In this document: one piece after another, positions 53,601 to 56,972 of the stretch | How positions within the stretch are numbered: the first letter of the stretch is position 1 | Layout: the number at the start of each line of letters is the position of its first letter | IMG/VR virus record: IMGVR_UViG_3300048837_000350 | Span: 1-56,972 of that record | From: a virus | Lineage: Duplodnaviria; Caudoviricetes | DNA: 56,972 nucleotides | Reading direction: 5' to 3' (one strand) | Position numbers and translations under genes: made by a program | The notes under the pieces: model-generated | Told to the model about the DNA's origin: nothing | What the model saw: only the letters and a program-made list of their open reading frames with translations | The model's database searches: none

Positions 53601-55695
53601 GATGAGCGTTGGACAGCGCGACGCTTTGTATGCTACTCGCGATGCCGTGCTGAAGAAGCAGGAGGATACTCTTGCTAGGAGGGCTTCTACTCAGGTTGCT
53701 TCTATTCAGAAGCTATTTCAGGCCGGTGCTATCGGCCCGACCGAGGCTCGCCTGCGCTTGATTGAGTTGCAGAAGCTTTTGGATAAGGCTGGGCTTGGGG
53801 TTAAGATCCCGACGAAGCTTGATGAAGCTACGTTTATAGATACTAAGCGTAAGCTTGATGAGGTATCTAAGCCGCGTACGGCTACTCTTACCATCGTAGA
53901 GCGCATCCAGAGCGCCGGCAAGAGCATCCTAGACATATTCAAGGCTGGTGCTGCTGCGAAGCAGAAGAGCCAGCTAGAGGCCGCCATAGCTCTTGCGCAG
54001 GCTGAGACTACGAAACTACAGACAGCGCTTGGAGCTTTGAAGACTGCGATGCGTCGCCCTGCTGTTGAGGCTGTTAAGGGTCTAGTCGCTGTGCTGATGG
54101 ACGTTCCGCGCCAGTTGCGCATGGCGTTCAGCGTTATCTCCCCGCAGGTTGTCCAGCTTGGCGCTGGCGTCGGAAAGACTCTCGCCGCTGGCATGCGCTC
54201 TGAGATTCAAAAAGTATCCATGGCTGGCACCGAACTTGGCAAGGCTGCGATGGCTGGTCTTGGCGCTGGCCTATCGTCTGGATTCAATACGATTGTCAAG
54301 CCGATGCTCAAGGGATTCACCGAGGAGATCCCGAAGCTGAAGGGGCCAATAGCGTACGACGCCACACTCCTCCAGCCTGCTGGTACCGCAATCATGGGCG
54401 GCTTCGCCCGAGGACTCGAGTCTGGATTCGATAATGTTCGTAGCTGGCTAAAGGCTGTCGCTCCGGCTATTGAAGAGTCGGTGCCAGACAACCTCATGGT
54501 TGAGCGTACAGGAAAGTTCCTCGTTGATTGGCTCAGGAGCGGGAAGACGCTGAAGCCAGAGGATGCGTTTGGCGATCTCGTGCCGAAGGTTCCAGACTTC
54601 ATGGGTGGGGATATTGGGCCGATAGATGCGAGCCTAGGATTCCTACATCCAACAGCATCGCTGCGCGATACAACTGTGATGGCTCAAGCGCTCGCCAAGA
54701 TGTTCGGGCTAACAGTCACGGACATTAAGCGTCCGAGTGGCACAAAGACTGCTAGCGGAAATATCTCAGACCACAGTATGGGCTGGGCTGCTGACATTAG
54801 TGGTTCTATGTCGAACACTGATCGCATGGTTGCTGCGATCAAGGGACTCTTCCCGAGTGTCATCAAGCAGTTGATCTGGCGCAACAAGGATGTCAACCGT
54901 GGATTCTTCGTCGGCGACCATATGGATCACGCCCACCTAGCGTTCCGTCCAGCCGCTGGCTTTAGCTTGAATAGCGGAAAGCTCGGAGTTACTCCAGTCA
55001 TGCCCGGATCTGGCGGCAAGGCTGGTAGCTCATCGGTCATGCAGGCGATTGCCCGAGCGGCTGCCGCTACTGGTATGCCTGTCGCACTGATCAAGGCTAT
55101 CGCGAAGCAAGAGTCTGGCTTTAATCCTCGCGCTGGTTCTCCTGCTGGAGCGAAGGGCTTGATGCAGTTGATGCCGGGTACAGCTCGCGGTCTTGGCGTG
55201 CGCGATATCTATGATCCTTTCCAGAACGCTCTTGGTGGCGCTCGATACATCCGTAGCATGCTTAGTATGTTCAAGCGACTCGATTATGCACTCGCTGGAT
55301 ATAACGCTGGGCCGGGTGCTGTTCGCAAGTTTGGTGGCATCCCTCCGTATCGCGAGACTCAGAACTATGTTCGAGCAGTCATGCGTTACTTCCAGCAGTT
55401 CGGTGGAGCGTTCGGAGGATTCCGCGCACAGGGAGGCATGGTTTCGCCGGGTAGCGCGTATGTGGTTGGCGAGCGTGGTCGTGAGCTATTCGTTCCGGGT
55501 CAGCGCGGTAATGTGATCACGAACGCGAACCTTGAGCGCCTCATTAAGTTGATGGAGGAGCAGGAGCGTAAGGGCAAGAAGGGTGTGACGTACCAGAACA
55601 ATATGACGGTGCAGTCCAACTCGAGTGACCCACGTGTGGTTGCTAGCCTGATTGATTCGCATAATAGGTATTCGATGAGCAGGCTTAACCTCTAA
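50602..55695 (+). CDS. tape measure protein with C-terminal peptidase-like and SLT transglycosylase domains
   Basis: 1697 aa, Ala/Leu-rich helical. SDHSMGWAADISG...HMDHAH; AKQESGFNP.A.SPAGAKGLMQLMP...ALAGYNAGPG...ETQNYV. Confidence 0.93.
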   Translation: MAEKIGNVSVALIPEANTAQWKKEVQAAVNKVGPVTVEVLPDVSRPAMVKFRTVLQAKLDKMNFYVNVTPKISKAALRKTTRELNKYYKEKDNAPGVYLNPQFRMTDVRKSIVDLNKKLAAAGKPTIYIDVSTKEGLAARQAEVAAFQARTSAMQAATIERTKNRELNANRIVAANKIALLKLEQRERERISAIVNRGLDATGISRYEGAVLRSLKVLTKAWAVYSVSATAAVAGLSAYAIYSFAQLEDSANMASQVFANNIAGVSRLTADEFVKVNRDIRARVLVGAGQIARATAFDLEQAAGSMRALAASGVDLEVALGNSTDKIKGLGLVVAQFAQAAGIEDLELATDKLIAIQQQAAAAPAFTSVYKTQADQVQRVADLVILASNKALGNAQQLSEALANRVTGQLASMNRPLEEAVTLTAVLSQSGLLGKPGGEQASIIMRDLAIKAEKFREEFKALGVEVFDQNGNIRSATSLIDELSNSLGGMSDQERVAALASAGITLRSQGVFSRLIATSTAIRREQGMSLKDIENSLKRDAAGAVARQAEARLDTLSMQWQAFTESVKVTFALFGGRAGETIKDFLKEINGDLESGGDSPLFTALESQITRLSKRLDAFVKRAITVLKSDQFREFATDLAESLILASKSLLTFFQGFATGFTGVEVEGSDALKSIGDIIRSISERLPSLSRSVGEAFGKIARFISENRSLLASLAKAWLAIGAASFVVRRAIAPFVFIFNAVRSILAKFGGASGLLTKLGIGLKFVAQNFKFVSQWAAIIVAAISVVAGVIKGVFSEISKQKSEAGGFVRFWRMLKIVLDPINEAITWILKKLFNLGEFLGSGFVKVVSGALGLLADLFDVALQGLGGVFDAIGKLPKMEWAEKAAKSIDGLRRELNRAGDQSVVTADKVERSSKRIRKALDVQPVDIRKENSNLDKQISVIEKRLEAGNLSKQDIFALQQRLQEVALNEIKIYEKRDKRLEGLAKRRKDLLATVFADEKMSVGQRDALYATRDAVLKKQEDTLARRASTQVASIQKLFQAGAIGPTEARLRLIELQKLLDKAGLGVKIPTKLDEATFIDTKRKLDEVSKPRTATLTIVERIQSAGKSILDIFKAGAAAKQKSQLEAAIALAQAETTKLQTALGALKTAMRRPAVEAVKGLVAVLMDVPRQLRMAFSVISPQVVQLGAGVGKTLAAGMRSEIQKVSMAGTELGKAAMAGLGAGLSSGFNTIVKPMLKGFTEEIPKLKGPIAYDATLLQPAGTAIMGGFARGLESGFDNVRSWLKAVAPAIEESVPDNLMVERTGKFLVDWLRSGKTLKPEDAFGDLVPKVPDFMGGDIGPIDASLGFLHPTASLRDTTVMAQALAKMFGLTVTDIKRPSGTKTASGNISDHSMGWAADISGSMSNTDRMVAAIKGLFPSVIKQLIWRNKDVNRGFFVGDHMDHAHLAFRPAAGFSLNSGKLGVTPVMPGSGGKAGSSSVMQAIARAAAATGMPVALIKAIAKQESGFNPRAGSPAGAKGLMQLMPGTARGLGVRDIYDPFQNALGGARYIRSMLSMFKRLDYALAGYNAGPGAVRKFGGIPPYRETQNYVRAVMRYFQQFGGAFGGFRAQGGMVSPGSAYVVGERGRELFVPGQRGNVITNANLERLIKLMEEQERKGKKGVTYQNNMTVQSNSSDPRVVASLIDSHNRYSMSRLNL

Positions 55696-56972
55696 TGACT
55701 TTCACTCCCTCATACATGCAGTACGGATGCGTTAGCGTCGCGAACAATGCGAAGACGTACGCGTACTACAACTGGGCGTGTGAGAATGGGATGTTCAGTG
55801 ACCCCGGATGCTTCTTCCAGCTAGAGGACTGCTCGTGTCCTGATGATTTGATTTGCGAACCCGGCCCGTTCATTAGTCCTGTTGATGATAACGCGTGCTG
55901 GTACGATCCACTCGTCCCAGAGTCTGCTGATTTCCTTGGCGTGTACATCACTAAGGTGACTGGGATTCGTGACTCTACGTTCTCTCGCGAGGTTGTAGAC
56001 AGCGTGGGCGTCGGCAGCATCCTGCAGCAACCACGGTTGCGCGGGCGTGCGTTCGCGTATGAAGTGATGTTGATAGCGACGTCTTGCGCTGGTATGCAGT
56101 ATGGCTCTGAGTGGCTTAGGCGCACGCTGGAGGACACTCAGCAGTGTGGTGGCGATGGGTGTACGTCGTGTCAGGGTCGGGAAATGACTCTCCGCGTGTT
56201 CTGTCCGGAAGAGGGACAGCTTGATCGTGGGCTGCGTCAGTGGAATAGCGTCGGCCTAGTCGATGGCTTGGTAGAGATCGTTGACGAAGAGAATCGCAAC
56301 TGTTGCTGTACGGTGACGCGTTGGACGTTCACGATGCAGTCAGAGTCTCCATACTCGTATAGTGATACGGAGACTGAGTGCGAGGTGGAGGCCAGTGTCG
56401 CGCTCGACGGGTACTGCAACTTTGATTTCAGCGAGGGGATTTGTGATAACTGCATCACGATTCCATGCTCTGGGTCTTGCGAGAACTGTGGTGATGATCC
56501 GCTCTGTCAATGCTCGTTCATCTTCGAGTGTCCACCAGTACTGAATGATGATTGTGAAACGTGTGAGCCGTGGCGTATCATGCGCTCGTGCTGTTGTATC
56601 GAGGACTTGCCGAATGGTCACGATACTACGTTTACGATTGAGATTGATGGTGGGCGTGCAGCGCCGTATACAGACTTGTATGACTTGAAGGGATTACGCA
56701 ATGTGCGTATACGCTTCTGGGATAAGGTTGCCGCGTTCCCATGCCCTGAGACTCAGGAGGAAGTGGATACGTTCACGAGTACTCGAGAGCCTTGCTGGGA
56801 CTTGACGATTCCATACATCCCGTATGAAGGTACTGTTCGGTTGAATGGCAAGAGTGATCGCGTTGAGGTGATCTGCAATAAGACGTGTCAGTCATATGAT
56901 CGTCTTGTCGGCGCGGCTAATGGTAGCGTCTTCCCGCTCGTGACGAACTGTAGCGGCATGTTCATGTGTGTG
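55695..56972 (+). CDS. Dit-like minor tail protein, very Cys-rich (runs off the window end; absent from the ORF track)
   Basis: TAATG coupling to the TMP; open for 426 codons to the end; WYDPLVPESADFLGVYIT.V.G..DST motif; about 36 Cys. Confidence 0.8.
   Translation, partial: MTFTPSYMQYGCVSVANNAKTYAYYNWACENGMFSDPGCFFQLEDCSCPDDLICEPGPFISPVDDNACWYDPLVPESADFLGVYITKVTGIRDSTFSREVVDSVGVGSILQQPRLRGRAFAYEVMLIATSCAGMQYGSEWLRRTLEDTQQCGGDGCTSCQGREMTLRVFCPEEGQLDRGLRQWNSVGLVDGLVEIVDEENRNCCCTVTRWTFTMQSESPYSYSDTETECEVEASVALDGYCNFDFSEGICDNCITIPCSGSCENCGDDPLCQCSFIFECPPVLNDDCETCEPWRIMRSCCCIEDLPNGHDTTFTIEIDGGRAAPYTDLYDLKGLRNVRIRFWDKVAAFPCPETQEEVDTFTSTREPCWDLTIPYIPYEGTVRLNGKSDRVEVICNKTCQSYDRLVGAANGSVFPLVTNCSGMFMCV

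Noticed and set aside
1-56972. tRNA/tmRNA genes, integrase, introns or inteins
   Set aside because: No T-arm/cloverleaf, recombinase motif or interrupted conserved gene was recognised by eye; tRNAscan-SE or Infernal could still find something.

Overview
The window looks like an essentially complete, circularly permuted ~57-kb tailed (siphovirus-type) phage genome. The last ORF (55695-end) continues in frame into positions 2-100 if the terminal TGTG is merged. The morphogenesis block runs terS, terL, DUF1360-like protein, portal, protease, two capsid proteins, major tail, adaptor, a -1 frameshifted chaperone, tape measure with SLT, Dit-like protein and paired fibre-like proteins. It resembles actinobacteriophage architecture and is unusually Cys-rich. 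Replication and recombination genes include DnaB, SSB, RusA, Rad52-like SSAP, a Cas4-like nuclease and a DnaN clamp plus a second clamp-like gene. There are also ThyX, a dNMP kinase, an HD hydrolase, a sigma factor, a GGQ release-factor-like protein and several peptidoglycan hydrolases. I recognised no integrase, DNA polymerase, primase, tRNA or CRISPR. The most notable observations are: (1) a 10-copy GGCANNATA late-promoter motif, often 6-7 nt from a start codon, which may be read by the phage sigma factor; (2) a ~680-nt hairpin-dense non-coding region with a terminator just before the helicase; (3) a small-gene cassette array joined by RBS-bearing repeats; (4) duplicated promoter modules in the early region; (5) apparent genome-wide avoidance of AATT and CCWGG; (6) hints of a Solirubrobacterales/Thermoleophilia host. 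All calls come from motif recognition by eye; no database search was run.
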